Positions 46,901-56,241 of a DNA stretch of 64,000 nt are shown here, piece by piece. The DNA is taken from positions 32,596 through 96,595 of IMG/VR virus record IMGVR_UViG_3300020000_000011. One strand, 5' to 3'. Origin of the DNA: a virus. Each line of letters starts with the position of its first letter. Within the stretch, counting starts at the first letter, position 1. A program made the translations under genes and the position numbers. Below the pieces are notes generated by a model. It was given only the letters and a program-made list of their open reading frames with translations. It was not told the DNA's origin and searched no databases.

Positions 46901-47734
46901 ATGCTCCAGATCGTGAAGGCCCCGGCCCTGCGAGCCGCGAAGAACGGACTCGTCGAAGTCGGCAACAGAATCGACGTCGGTGACGAGAAGTGGGAAGACG
47001 GGGTGACGTTCACCCCCCACGGTTGCCAGACGATCTTCGCTCACTCGCCCGGCTGCCCGTCCGAGAACAAGTCACCGTTCCACGACTGCACCCCGGCCGT
47101 CTCCGCGCACGCCTGGCTGCTGGAGGTGGGCCTCCAATGGTCGATGATGGACATGGGCGCCGACCCCAAGGACATCCTCACCGAAGCCTTTGAGATCGGC
47201 ACCTCGGCCGTCTTGGAGCGTCTCACGTGGGAAGGCGTCGTCGACGTCGCTGCCGGGTCGCCGCTGGTGCTGCCGACGATCTCGGGAACGATCTCGACCG
47301 GCGGGATCTCCGGTCGGGTGATGGGCACTGCCGCCGTCCCCCCGGTCCTGACGACCACCGCGCTCGACGTCGGGTCGGCCACCAACATCGCCAAAGCGGT
47401 CGGGATGGTCGAAGCGAAACTGCTCGACGCCTCCGACCACATCGGTCAGGCCGGGACGATCTTCATGTCGCCGGTGATCGCCTCCCAAGCCGCCGGAGCC
47501 GGAGTGTTCGACCCCGACAACCTCGTCACCCGGGCGACCGGGTCGCAGGTCATCGTCGGCAACTTCGACTCCGACAAGATCATCGGGGTGATCGGCGAAG
47601 TCGACGTGTACCTCGGCAGCGTCATCGTGTTGGAGGCCACCGAACGATCGAAGAACGAGTGGGTCGGCCGGGCCGAACGACGGGCGGTCGCGGTGTGGAA
47701 CCCGTGCGGTGTGTTCTCGGCGACGATCACCTGA
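46901..47734 (+). CDS. major capsid pentamer-like protein
   Basis: VKAP.....NGL...WEDGVTF.P.GC...LE..W.G...TI.MSP...AERR..AVWNPC as in cluster-B-type pentamer proteins; own leaderless promoter. Confidence 0.7.
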   Translation: MLQIVKAPALRAAKNGLVEVGNRIDVGDEKWEDGVTFTPHGCQTIFAHSPGCPSENKSPFHDCTPAVSAHAWLLEVGLQWSMMDMGADPKDILTEAFEIGTSAVLERLTWEGVVDVAAGSPLVLPTISGTISTGGISGRVMGTAAVPPVLTTTALDVGSATNIAKAVGMVEAKLLDASDHIGQAGTIFMSPVIASQAAGAGVFDPDNLVTRATGSQVIVGNFDSDKIIGVIGEVDVYLGSVIVLEATERSKNEWVGRAERRAVAVWNPCGVFSATIT

Positions 47735-47789
47735 TCTGCATAACGCGCTGTAGACTGCCTGGCCTAGACACAGACTTGGAGACGACGAG

Positions 47790-48299
47790 ATGACAACACA
47801 GACCACCGGCTACTACGAGGTACGCGACGGGGCGACCCGAGTCCTCCAATTCGGTGGCCAGCTTCTCGCCGAGGTGTCATCGAGGCGTACTGGCGCGCCA
47901 CGCTGGACCGAGCTACGCCTGTACAAGACCGAAGCCGGTGCGTACGTGATGGAGAAGATCGGCGCATCCGTCGTCGTTCACGCACCGTCGTGCCCGGACA
48001 TCAAGCCGCCGCTGCCACGCTTCCAAGAGATGCACCCCGGCGACGACCCGGCCGATGGGAACTGGTGGTTCTGTGAACGGTGCGGCGACGTCGCCGTGCG
48101 TGACATCACCACGCTGCTCATCGAGGCGAACCGCTACTGGGCGTTGATCTCCGAGGACCCGGCGCAGATCGTCGACTCGTTGTACCGGCGCAAGGACGGG
48201 GCACGGTCGATGCCGAGGATGTCGCTCGACTTACTGGACGAGGCATCCAGAAACGACCCGGCGATCTTGGAGTCGTTCAAGTCAGAGTTCGTGCTCTGA
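47790..48299 (+). CDS. hypothetical phage protein
   Basis: LQFGG.LLAE.SS...RWTELRLYKT..G.YV; RBS GGAG. Confidence 0.7.
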   Translation: MTTQTTGYYEVRDGATRVLQFGGQLLAEVSSRRTGAPRWTELRLYKTEAGAYVMEKIGASVVVHAPSCPDIKPPLPRFQEMHPGDDPADGNWWFCERCGDVAVRDITTLLIEANRYWALISEDPAQIVDSLYRRKDGARSMPRMSLDLLDEASRNDPAILESFKSEFVL

Positions 48300-48302
48300 C
48301 AC

Positions 48303-48578
48303 GTGGTCACGCTGATCCGGCGGTTGGCGCTGCCAATCGCCATCACCTCCATCGTCGTCAACGCGTTGATGCTCGTCGTGTCGTTGCTGATCTGGTGGCT
48401 GGCGTTCGTGAAGGGCTGGCTCGACGAGGTCGAGTTCGTCGCGCACGTGTCGATGTTGGCGCTGGTGTTCTCGGCGGTGTCCGGTGTTGCTGCGGCGGTC
48501 GCTGGTGTACTGGCTCTCGTGCCGACCGATGATCTGATCGAGATCGACGATAACCTTGGTGACATGCAGGAGCGGTGA
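48303..48578 (+). CDS. two-TM membrane protein (possible holin)
   Basis: Two hydrophobic helices, acidic C-terminus. Confidence 0.5.
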   Translation: MVTLIRRLALPIAITSIVVNALMLVVSLLIWWLAFVKGWLDEVEFVAHVSMLALVFSAVSGVAAAVAGVLALVPTDDLIEIDDNLGDMQER

Positions 48579-48596
48579 GACTGCAACACCGCACAG

Positions 48597-48629
48597 ACAG
48601 CCCCTCCTAACCGGGGGGCTGTTTCGTTT
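48597..48629 (+). terminator. intrinsic terminator
   Basis: ACAGCCCCTC/GGGGGGCTGT stem followed by TTCGTTT at the convergence of arms. Confidence 0.8.
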
Positions 48630-48912
48630 CAGTCGTCGGGTTGCGGGAACGGCACGGTGCGTGGATCGGCGCGGACGAAGATCCCGCTGTTGGTCGGCAT
48701 CCCGCACCACGAGCAGCGATCGCTGCCGTCGATGGCGCTGACCCCGATCGCTTGCACCGGTGAACGGTCCGGGTTCATCCTCGTCCAGCACGGGCCGCAG
48801 GCGACCTGGTTCCAGTTCACTGCGACACCACCGCTCGACACCCGACGATGATCACCAACCACATGAGCGCGCCGACACCCAACCAGGCGACCATCTTCCA
48901 GTCCCAGTTCAC

Positions 48913-49557
48913 TCAGTCCGCGCCGACCGTGTCGTCGGCGGGTTCCTCGGGGGCGTCGCTCTCGATGATCTCCAGGTACGCCTCGACTTGGTTCAGCCAC
49001 TCGGCGTCTTCGAACAGGGCCTTGCCGGACAACCGGCGATCCTCACGTTCGGCGAACGACTTCATCTCCAGCTTCTGCTTGTCGGACAGTTCCGTCAACC
49101 GTCGCAGGACGTCGTCGACACGACCGGCCCGCGGGTTCTCTTCCGCCGTCGCCGCTCCAGTGTCGACCGATCCGGCGCGCCCGTCGTCGTCTTCTGTCGC
49201 CAGGCCGAGGATCGACAACAGGGCATACCGGCGGGCGAAGCTGATCGCCGAACCGACGCCTTGCGGGGTGGATCCGGCCGGGCGGATCAACAGCGGGGGG
49301 AACTCGATGTACTGGCCCGAGGTGTGCCACAACACGGTGGCGACACCGTCCATCGTGGGGACCTGCGTCAGGGCGAGATCGTTCTCTTTCAGGTGCGGGC
49401 GGATCGCATCCAGCACGACGTTGAGTGGGGCGTACGAGTAGCTGTACTTGTCCATCTCTGCGGTCGCGGTGCGGGGGATGTCGTCCATCGCGTTAAGCGC
49501 GGCGACGAACGCCGGGACGACTTTGTCGAACGGTTCGGATGCTTCGAATGAGGCCAT
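48913..49557 (-). CDS. ERF-family single-strand annealing protein
   Basis: YSYAPL...LWHTSGQ...PQGVGSAISFARRYAL..ILGLATEDDDG. Confidence 0.9.
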   Translation of the reverse strand: MASFEASEPFDKVVPAFVAALNAMDDIPRTATAEMDKYSYSYAPLNVVLDAIRPHLKENDLALTQVPTMDGVATVLWHTSGQYIEFPPLLIRPAGSTPQGVGSAISFARRYALLSILGLATEDDDGRAGSVDTGAATAEENPRAGRVDDVLRRLTELSDKQKLEMKSFAEREDRRLSGKALFEDAEWLNQVEAYLEIIESDAPEEPADDTVGAD

Positions 49558-50086
49558 CAGGTGCCTGCTTTCTGGGTCTGGGTCACGGAGCACAGTATAA
49601 CTGGCTACACTCGGAAACTTTCTTTCCCAGATCGTTTACATCGGCCGGTCGAACGTCGCTTCGTAGAAGTGTGAACGAAGACATGCAACTACTCAGGTCC
49701 TTGCCGATGCCAACCCAGAAGGCGCTGCTGCGCGACTGGGTCGAACGGAGGCGGCTCGGGACGCTCCGCGGTGAGGGCCTCGCCTCCCACGCCGGGTACA
49801 TCAACATGATCGCCCAAGAGCAGGGGGTCACCATCGACGAGATCCTGGCGCTCGACTGGTACCCCGTCTGATCCCGACCAGGCGTCGACGATGTCCTCAT
49901 CGCTCTCTTCGCCGTCGCCGTAGTCGTAGCCGTGGGCGCGCCACCACTCGACCAGATCGAAGACCATGCCGTAGGTGACGAGCGGCAACCAGAACAGGAT
50001 CGTCACCGACCGTTGGATCCCGTTGCCGTCCAATGCCCATGCGAAGCCGATCCCGGCCCACAGGTAGATGATGACCAGCGCGACGA

Positions 50087-50383
50087 TCATGCCGCGACTT
50101 CGGCCCACGCCTTCCCTGTGCGGATCGCTTCCAGTTCGGCGTTCGCAGCGCGGTATCGCTGCACGAGGCGCCCGATCGCGGCGACTTCGGGGGCGGTGAA
50201 GAACCGGCGGTTGCCTGAACCTGGTTGGTTGTCCTGGGAGGTCAACACGACCACGCTCGTTCGTAGCCAGTAGTCGAGGACACGGAAGCTGATCCCGGTC
50301 TGTTCGATCACTTCTTGCGTGGTGTACAGCCGTGACGCCAGCGTCTCCCGGCGTGGCTTGGGCCGAGTGTCCGTCATCGTCAT
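50087..50383 (-). CDS. MerR-like HTH DNA-binding protein
   Basis: YTTQEV...GISFR.LDYW......GSGNRRFF. Confidence 0.8.
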   Translation of the reverse strand: MTMTDTRPKPRRETLASRLYTTQEVIEQTGISFRVLDYWLRTSVVVLTSQDNQPGSGNRRFFTAPEVAAIGRLVQRYRAANAELEAIRTGKAWAEVAA

Positions 50384-50730
50384 GTTGATACTCCTTTGTG
50401 CTCTCCTGGGTCTGGATTACTCGTGGGCAGTTGCTCCCACGACTCGTAGCGTAACCCCGCTATACGGGCTTGCGCGGGATGGGTCGTGACGTGCTCATGG
50501 TGTGCTCTACACAGTGCTATACAGTTGTCGGGGTCGAGGTGGCCACCGGGGCGTACCCCGCGGGACTGAAGTTCATGTACGTCGATCGGACCGGCGCATC
50601 GGATCCCGAACGCGCCCGGGGCTGAGCAGCGGTACATCGCCCGGCGCAACGCAATCTCACGGACCACGTTGCGTTCATCGCGTTCGGCCAGCCGCTTGTC
50701 ACTCACCGGTCGGAGGCGCGAACGCTTCAC
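50380..50730 (-). CDS. HNH-like nuclease
   Basis: YRC...C...DVHE..SR...N..ALCRAHH. Confidence 0.65.
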   Translation of the reverse strand: MKRSRLRPVSDKRLAERDERNVVREIALRRAMYRCSAPGAFGIRCAGPIDVHELQSRGVRPGGHLDPDNCIALCRAHHEHVTTHPAQARIAGLRYESWEQLPTSNPDPGEHKGVST

Positions 50731-51013
50731 GGCGGACCCTCTTGCGGTCGATGGCTTCGATGGCAGCAACAGAGATCGCCGAGATCTCGACGAACAGACG
50801 TCGAGCGTCGACGATCTCGGCTGCGTCCTTGTGGCACATGTCGACTGCCCGGCGGGCGACCAGCCAGGCGAAATCGGGGATGCCGTGCAGGTCATCGTGG
50901 TCCGGTGTCCACCGACAGTCGTCGATCTGGTGGCGGCGTTCATCGGCGACCTCGGCGAGGACGTCGTACATGTCAATCGGCGCGGATGACCTGGGCGTCT
51001 CGGTGTCGCTCAT
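50699..51013 (-). CDS. MazG-like/all-alpha phage protein
   Basis: ERRHQ...WTPDHDD.H...AAIEAIDR. Confidence 0.5.
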   Translation of the reverse strand: MSDTETPRSSAPIDMYDVLAEVADERRHQIDDCRWTPDHDDLHGIPDFAWLVARRAVDMCHKDAAEIVDARRLFVEISAISVAAIEAIDRKRVRREAFAPPTGE

Positions 51014-51185
51014 CGAGTGGTCCGCCGGTGATCGTGACGTATCCGCAATCGCTGCATTCTGCAATGGTCCCTTCGTCGGGGAAGCGCGTGTCGGCAGGAA
51101 CAGTGAACAGGATCATCGTCCCCGTGCATTCGTTCGGTGCGGCCATGCACGTATGTATACCCGACTACGGGGGAAATCATGTGCG

Positions 51186-51755
51186 TCATTCTGATGACAA
51201 CGGTGTGGACATCTCGGGTTCATCTGTGAGGGCCTGTGGAGAAGGCGTCTTCGGTGTCTTGTTGCGCGTGTACGTGTTCGGTCCGCGAGCGATGATCGAC
51301 GACCCGTACTCGACCTTGTGGAACGGTGTCGGGTCGAGGCGTTTGCGGAGTTCGGTGATCTTCCACTTCGAACTCGTGGCGCCTTGGCCGCAGGCCGGGA
51401 TGACGTCGCGGGCGTCGGCGAGTGGGATCGCTTCGACCATCTCGCCGGTGTCGATGTTGACGAGTGGTTGGGCGAGGGCGCCGAGGACTGCGTGGCCGTC
51501 CCACTCGTGGTGCGTCTCGATGGTGCGGTGCACGGTGAGGCCGTCGGCGGTGGTGTACTCGTCGGGGATCCGCCGGGCGAGGATGACGCCGTGGTCGCGG
51601 CGCACGATCATGGCGTTGGTGATCAGCTTGTCGAGGCGGTCCCACAGTTCGACGGCGTAGTCGATGTCTTGGCGCGCCCAGTCGGCGTCGACGTCCAACT
51701 CGTTGACCGAGGCGTCGATCGCTGCGACCTGTTGGAGGATCTTGGCGAGGTTCAC
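51186..51755 (-). CDS. hypothetical protein
   Basis: Coupled to the Acb2/Tad1-like gene. Confidence 0.6.
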   Translation of the reverse strand: MNLAKILQQVAAIDASVNELDVDADWARQDIDYAVELWDRLDKLITNAMIVRRDHGVILARRIPDEYTTADGLTVHRTIETHHEWDGHAVLGALAQPLVNIDTGEMVEAIPLADARDVIPACGQGATSSKWKITELRKRLDPTPFHKVEYGSSIIARGPNTYTRNKTPKTPSPQALTDEPEMSTPLSSE

Positions 51756-51991
51756 GTCGGGTGCGAGGTGGTCAGCACGATCGACTTGACGGCCCACATC
51801 ACGCAATCCTCCAGGTGGGTGAGTGCCAGTGATCGTTCCCGGTTGTCCTGGCAGTTGTCGACGATCACGAAGCCGAGTTTCTTGGCCCAGTCGCGGACGT
51901 GTTCGATGCGTTCGATCCCGTCGGCGGACGGGGTCTGGTTGGTCAAGGATCGGTCGAGGGCGGCGAGGCGGGCACGGTCGGAATCATTCAT
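51752..51991 (-). CDS. Acb2/Tad1-like nucleotide-sponge family protein
   Basis: RERSLALTHLEDCVMWAVKSI helical hairpin motif; leaderless TACGGT. Confidence 0.7.
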   Translation of the reverse strand: MNDSDRARLAALDRSLTNQTPSADGIERIEHVRDWAKKLGFVIVDNCQDNRERSLALTHLEDCVMWAVKSIVLTTSHPT

Positions 51992-52049
51992 CCCGTAACC
52001 GTAACAGAGGGGTGTAACGTGGTTGAGAACCAACGACGAAAGGACAGAA

Positions 52050-52721
52050 ATGAAGCAGGGATACAGCCACATCACGATGCTCGTCGACCGGAGCGGTTCG
52101 ATGTCGCGCATCGCCACCGACGCCCAGGGCGCAGTCAACAAGTTCGTCACCGATCAACAGGCGGTGCCCGGGGAGGCGACGCTGCTGCTCGTCGAGTTCG
52201 ATGCCAGCGCGGGACTCGCCGACTCCGAGCGGTCCATTCCGTGGTACCACGTCGTCCACGACGGCGACATCAACCAGGCCCCGGCGTACCAGTTGCATGC
52301 CCGTGGGAACACGGCGCTGCTCGATGCGATCGGCCGGGCGATCACCGCCACCGGTGAGCAACTCGCCGCGCTCGACGAGGCCGACCGGCCCGAGCACGTC
52401 TACTTCGTCACCCAGACCGACGGGCAGGAGAACTCCAGCCGCGAGTTCACCGGCGACACGATCCGCGAGATGATCAAGCGCCAGACCGACGAGTTCTCGT
52501 GGGAGTTCCTGTTCTTGGGGATGGGACCGGACTCGTTCAACCAGGGTCACACCCTCGGGTTCGCCAACGTCACCAAGGGCGCGCAAGCCCCGGCCGCGTA
52601 CGCCGGAACCTACGACCTGGCGAGCGCCAACATCGCCGCCCACCGTGGTGGCGTGGTGCACGATCTGTCGGCGACCAACGCCGACGTCGACGAGGACGGG
52701 ACGGTCACCCCTGCCCCGTGA
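52050..52721 (+). CDS. stand-alone VWA domain protein
   Basis: LVDRSGSM, G.TALLDAIG, TDGQENSS.E, W.FLFLG. Confidence 0.85.
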   Translation: MKQGYSHITMLVDRSGSMSRIATDAQGAVNKFVTDQQAVPGEATLLLVEFDASAGLADSERSIPWYHVVHDGDINQAPAYQLHARGNTALLDAIGRAITATGEQLAALDEADRPEHVYFVTQTDGQENSSREFTGDTIREMIKRQTDEFSWEFLFLGMGPDSFNQGHTLGFANVTKGAQAPAAYAGTYDLASANIAAHRGGVVHDLSATNADVDEDGTVTPAP

Positions 52722-52747
52722 GAGGTTGGGTGCGCTCGCCGGGAAAT

Positions 52748-53707
52748 CTAGGGGCGTTCGCCGAGCAGGCGAGCGGTTTCGGCGAGCGCATCCGCCATCG
52801 ACCGTTCCTCAGCCGTAACAGGCTCTGTAGGCCCGTCTGCCGTTTCCGGGGGTACTGGTGCCGCCGGACGGGGGGTTCGACCGCCAGAGAGGTGCTGTAG
52901 CGGTTGTGGTGGCTCTCCCAGCACCAACGTCCGGCCGTAATCGTCGTCGGTGAGCCGTCCGCCGAGAGCATCCAGGCTGGCCCTGGTGAGCCGCTGGTCC
53001 CCACCGAACACGTTGAGGACCTTCACGAACGAGCATTCCCAGCCCCCATCGCGGTTCTGGTGGCCGTGGTCACGGATCGCCGCCTCCGCCCTGCCGGGGT
53101 CACCGATGGCCTTGTCGCCGATGTTGCGGCCGGTCGCCTCCCGGTAGGCGTCGTTCATCAGCGCCTGCCCTTCGGCCCACGACACGGTCCGCTGCCTCGG
53201 GTCGTCGTCGTGGCGGGTGTCCAGCTTGCACGCCGGGGGCCTCGTCCAGTCCTTGGGGACCTCCACGAGGTGTTCCAGTTCGGTGCCGTCGAGGTACTTC
53301 TCCCAGTTGTCGGGGTTGCGGAACACTTCGTCCAGCTTCGGGTTGCACCGCGGGCACGGCCGCAACCATCCCGGTTCGCCGCCGGTGTCGGGGATCCAGC
53401 CGGTCCCACCGCACCACGGAGTCGCGGGCGCCGCCAGCCGGGCAGCCACGGCGCGTTCCTCGCGCTGCTCGCGCACCGCCGGATGCTCGTGGTACGCCGT
53501 CAGGATCTGGTGCATCGACGGGCGCAGCTTCCCGGTCCACGTGCGCGACATCTCCCGGCAGACGTCGTTCAGCGCGTCGCCGTCGTCGGTCCCGTCGCGC
53601 AACTGCTCGACGAACTTGGTCAACACCACCTCGTCGTCGAAGCTGAACCCGGGGATGCCAGCGATGAGCAGCCCGGCTGCCGCGTATGCCTGGTCCGTTG
53701 TTGTCAT
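52748..53707 (-). CDS. replication-associated protein (helicase loader-like N-terminus, Zn finger)
   Basis: Coupled downstream of the initiator; WCGGTGW...PCPRC. Confidence 0.5.
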   Translation of the reverse strand: MTTTDQAYAAAGLLIAGIPGFSFDDEVVLTKFVEQLRDGTDDGDALNDVCREMSRTWTGKLRPSMHQILTAYHEHPAVREQREERAVAARLAAPATPWCGGTGWIPDTGGEPGWLRPCPRCNPKLDEVFRNPDNWEKYLDGTELEHLVEVPKDWTRPPACKLDTRHDDDPRQRTVSWAEGQALMNDAYREATGRNIGDKAIGDPGRAEAAIRDHGHQNRDGGWECSFVKVLNVFGGDQRLTRASLDALGGRLTDDDYGRTLVLGEPPQPLQHLSGGRTPRPAAPVPPETADGPTEPVTAEERSMADALAETARLLGERP

Positions 53708-54468
53708 CGTGCTTCCGCCTTCGTCTCGGTCTTGGTCTTGTCGTCTGCTGCGAGTGCGGCGCGCACCCGTTCCATCTTGCCCATCGGCTTCACGACGGTG
53801 AGCGGCGTCGCCGATCTCGGTTCGTCGTCTTCCCACCGCCGCTGGTTGAGCCACACGTTACCGGCCGGGATGAACGTCAGATCGGTTTCGTTCGTGGCCC
53901 ACCAGGCGGCGTGGCGCTCGATCCCGGTGAACGCATCGCGCCGGTCCGCCGCGCGCATCGTCCGCCACTTGGTTCGGGCCTGGCCCTTGCCCGTCGCTTT
54001 CTTCGGGTACAACGCCCACCATCGGTCAAACGCCTCATCCACCAAGGAAGACGAAGTCTTCCTACTCTCGTTGTTCTTGCTCTCGTTGTCTTGCTCTCTC
54101 TCGTGGTGCACCGGTGCACCCACCCTGGGTGCATCCGTGCTCCCACCCCTGGGTGCATCCGTGCACCCACTGGGTGCAGATTCGATCCGTTCGTCACCGG
54201 CGAGGTGGTACCGATTCGGAAGCTGCGCTCCGTTCTCGGACCTCGCTTCGACGTACACGGCACCGACTTCGACGAGTCGGTGGAGTGATCGTTTGACGGT
54301 GTCGGCCGACTTGCTGATCTTCTCGGCGATCGTCTGCTGGGAGGGTCTGATGTCGTTGCCGTAGCGGGCGAGCACGCCGTAGACGCGGACGTCGTCGCCG
54401 GTCAGGCCGGGGTGGTACAGGATCCACTCGGGGATCGCTGCGAACTTGTAGCCGAGAACGACGCTCAT
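53704..54468 (-). CDS. phage replication initiator (N-terminal HTH)
   Basis: FAAIPEWI...VYG.LAR...PSQQTIAE...N.Y; FDRWW..YPKK..K..A...FIP...WLNQRRWED. Confidence 0.85.
   Translation of the reverse strand: MSVVLGYKFAAIPEWILYHPGLTGDDVRVYGVLARYGNDIRPSQQTIAEKISKSADTVKRSLHRLVEVGAVYVEARSENGAQLPNRYHLAGDERIESAPSGCTDAPRGGSTDAPRVGAPVHHEREQDNESKNNESRKTSSSLVDEAFDRWWALYPKKATGKGQARTKWRTMRAADRRDAFTGIERHAAWWATNETDLTFIPAGNVWLNQRRWEDDEPRSATPLTVVKPMGKMERVRAALAADDKTKTETKAEAR
54061..54179 (-). repeat. iterons / putative replication origin within initiator gene
   Basis: CCCTGGGTGCATCCGTGC twice plus further GGTGCA copies; adjacent strand-skewed tract 54061-54100. Confidence 0.7.
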
Positions 54469-54594
54469 TGCGACACCGCGAACGGCGAGCCTGATACGAT
54501 CATGGCGAACCTCAATTCAGAAATGACGATGCCCTGGTTTGCCGCCGGGGCATTGTCGCGTTTGGGACGGAGTCGCCAGTATCGCGCAGTTGAA

Positions 54595-54924
54595 CTACCG
54601 CTCTGACACTCGCCGCCCGGCCAGCATCCGCACGATCCTCGCGGTGTCCCGTTCCGCCTGCTCCGTCTCGGCGATCGTCCAGCCCTGCTCCAACAGTTGC
54701 GCCCGCACCGACGGCAACATCCCGGCGCTGGCGATCTCTTCGGTGTCACCGGCGCAGTACAGGCAGATGACGTCGCAGATCTCCTGAGCGCCGAGGGATC
54801 CTTCGGATCTCCACAACGGCGCCCGGCATTCCATGCACTCGGCCATGATCGACGGGACGTTGGCGATGGGCATGTCGGCGATTCTCACGCAGACGAGTAC
54901 GGCGGGTTCCTGGTTCTCGGTCAT
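54595..54924 (-). CDS. Zn-finger hypothetical protein
   Basis: CMEC...CLYC; TATAGT 6 nt before the ATG. Confidence 0.6.
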   Translation of the reverse strand: MTENQEPAVLVCVRIADMPIANVPSIMAECMECRAPLWRSEGSLGAQEICDVICLYCAGDTEEIASAGMLPSVRAQLLEQGWTIAETEQAERDTARIVRMLAGRRVSER

Positions 54925-55021
54925 CCGGCGACTATAACCCGGTACGCGAAAGAGCGCCGGGTGGTTCACGGTCCACCCGGCGCTCTTTCATGCTGTTCCG
55001 TCCCGAACAGCGATCTGTTGG

Positions 55022-55921
55022 TCAGACGGTCGGGCAGGTCGTGCCCAGGTCCTTCCAAACGAACCAGTCGCCCTTGCCCTTGTCGGCACCCGGGTTGTAC
55101 GGCTTGTTGAAGCCGCGCAGCGACAGAGCATGCTCACCGTTCGGTGTCGCAGGCAGTGCGTGCCACTTCGGGTCGCTCAGCGACGGGACGCCGGTGCCGG
55201 TGAACTTGCCGGTGTAGTTGAACCACACGCCTTTCACGGTCGGCTGGCACGGCGGCTCACAGTCGCCGTTCTGGGTCAGCTTGACATCGTCGATGGCGAA
55301 GTCGTTGCCCGAGTACGCCGTGCCGTTGTTCACGATCTTGACGTTCATCGGGTCGGACGCCGGGACAGCGCCGACGATCTCGATGATGTTGCTCGGGTCG
55401 TTGCTCAACACGGTTTCCGTGGCTCCGAGTGCGACACCGTTGATGTAGACGGTGATCGCCGCGCCACCATCACTGGCAGCGGAGAGCGGGAGGATGTTCA
55501 GCATGTTCGCGCTGAACGTGTAGGTCACCTTGGAGCCGGGTGTGGTGCAGACCACGCCTGGCACCGTCACGTCCAGCACCGTTTGGTCGGTGTTGGTGAA
55601 CCCGTTGACGATGAGCATGTTGTCGGTCGACCCGGCCAGGTCCACCCAGAACGGGTGGAAGTCGTGCGGGTTGGTGCCGATGACGTAGGTGCCGGGATCC
55701 CACATGGATCCGTCGCCACCGGGGTAGCTCGCCTGGCTGAACAGCGTCGTCTGGCTGAACGCAGTCGTCGCTCCGGCGCTCGGGAGCGTGGGGTTGACGC
55801 CCAGCCCGTCGAAGCTGATGTTGAGCGGCTGGTCGCCGTCTGCGGCTGCTGCCGGGGAGACGAGCGCCCCGACTGATGTGATGGCGATGGCTGCTGCAAG
55901 CAGGACGCGCCCCTTCTTCAT
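55022..55921 (-). CDS. secreted beta-sandwich protein (moron-like)
   Basis: Sec signal MKKGRVLLAAAIAI...PAAAA; GNDFAIDD. Confidence 0.7.
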   Translation of the reverse strand: MKKGRVLLAAAIAITSVGALVSPAAAADGDQPLNISFDGLGVNPTLPSAGATTAFSQTTLFSQASYPGGDGSMWDPGTYVIGTNPHDFHPFWVDLAGSTDNMLIVNGFTNTDQTVLDVTVPGVVCTTPGSKVTYTFSANMLNILPLSAASDGGAAITVYINGVALGATETVLSNDPSNIIEIVGAVPASDPMNVKIVNNGTAYSGNDFAIDDVKLTQNGDCEPPCQPTVKGVWFNYTGKFTGTGVPSLSDPKWHALPATPNGEHALSLRGFNKPYNPGADKGKGDWFVWKDLGTTCPTV

Positions 55922-56057
55922 TGATGCTTTCAAAGCAGTCCCCTTCAGGGTTCTACGTGAGCGGAATCTCCGCCCGCCGGATCGTGAACCGTAGTCCACG
56001 ACGATGGTGTGAACCTTAGCGGTGCATCAAGGGATCCGCAAGGAATCTGCAAGATAT

Positions 56058-56075
56058 TTGATACCCGGGTATCAA
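56058..56075. promoter_or_regulatory. perfect 18-bp palindrome TTGATACCCGGGTATCAA (operator-like)
   Basis: In the divergent intergenic region; related ATACCACGGTAT at 56105-56116. Confidence 0.7.
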
Positions 56076-56241
56076 TCGAACATGCCACGTCACGCCATAT
56101 GCCGATACCACGGTATGCCCTACCAGGCACGGAACCGCGAAATCCGTGGTTGCGGAACCCGCCCCGAGCGGTTACGGTTACCGCCAGCTACAACACCGTA
56201 GCGACGAACGACTAGCTCGACTAGTCAAGAGAGAGGTCAGC

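Noticed and set aside
55922-55995. Known riboswitch upstream of the secreted protein
   Set aside because: Only short hairpins; I could not match the conserved core of c-di-AMP or other known riboswitches by eye.
56058-56116. Host LexA SOS box
   Set aside because: The palindromes do not match the actinobacterial TCGAAC-N4-GTTCGA consensus.
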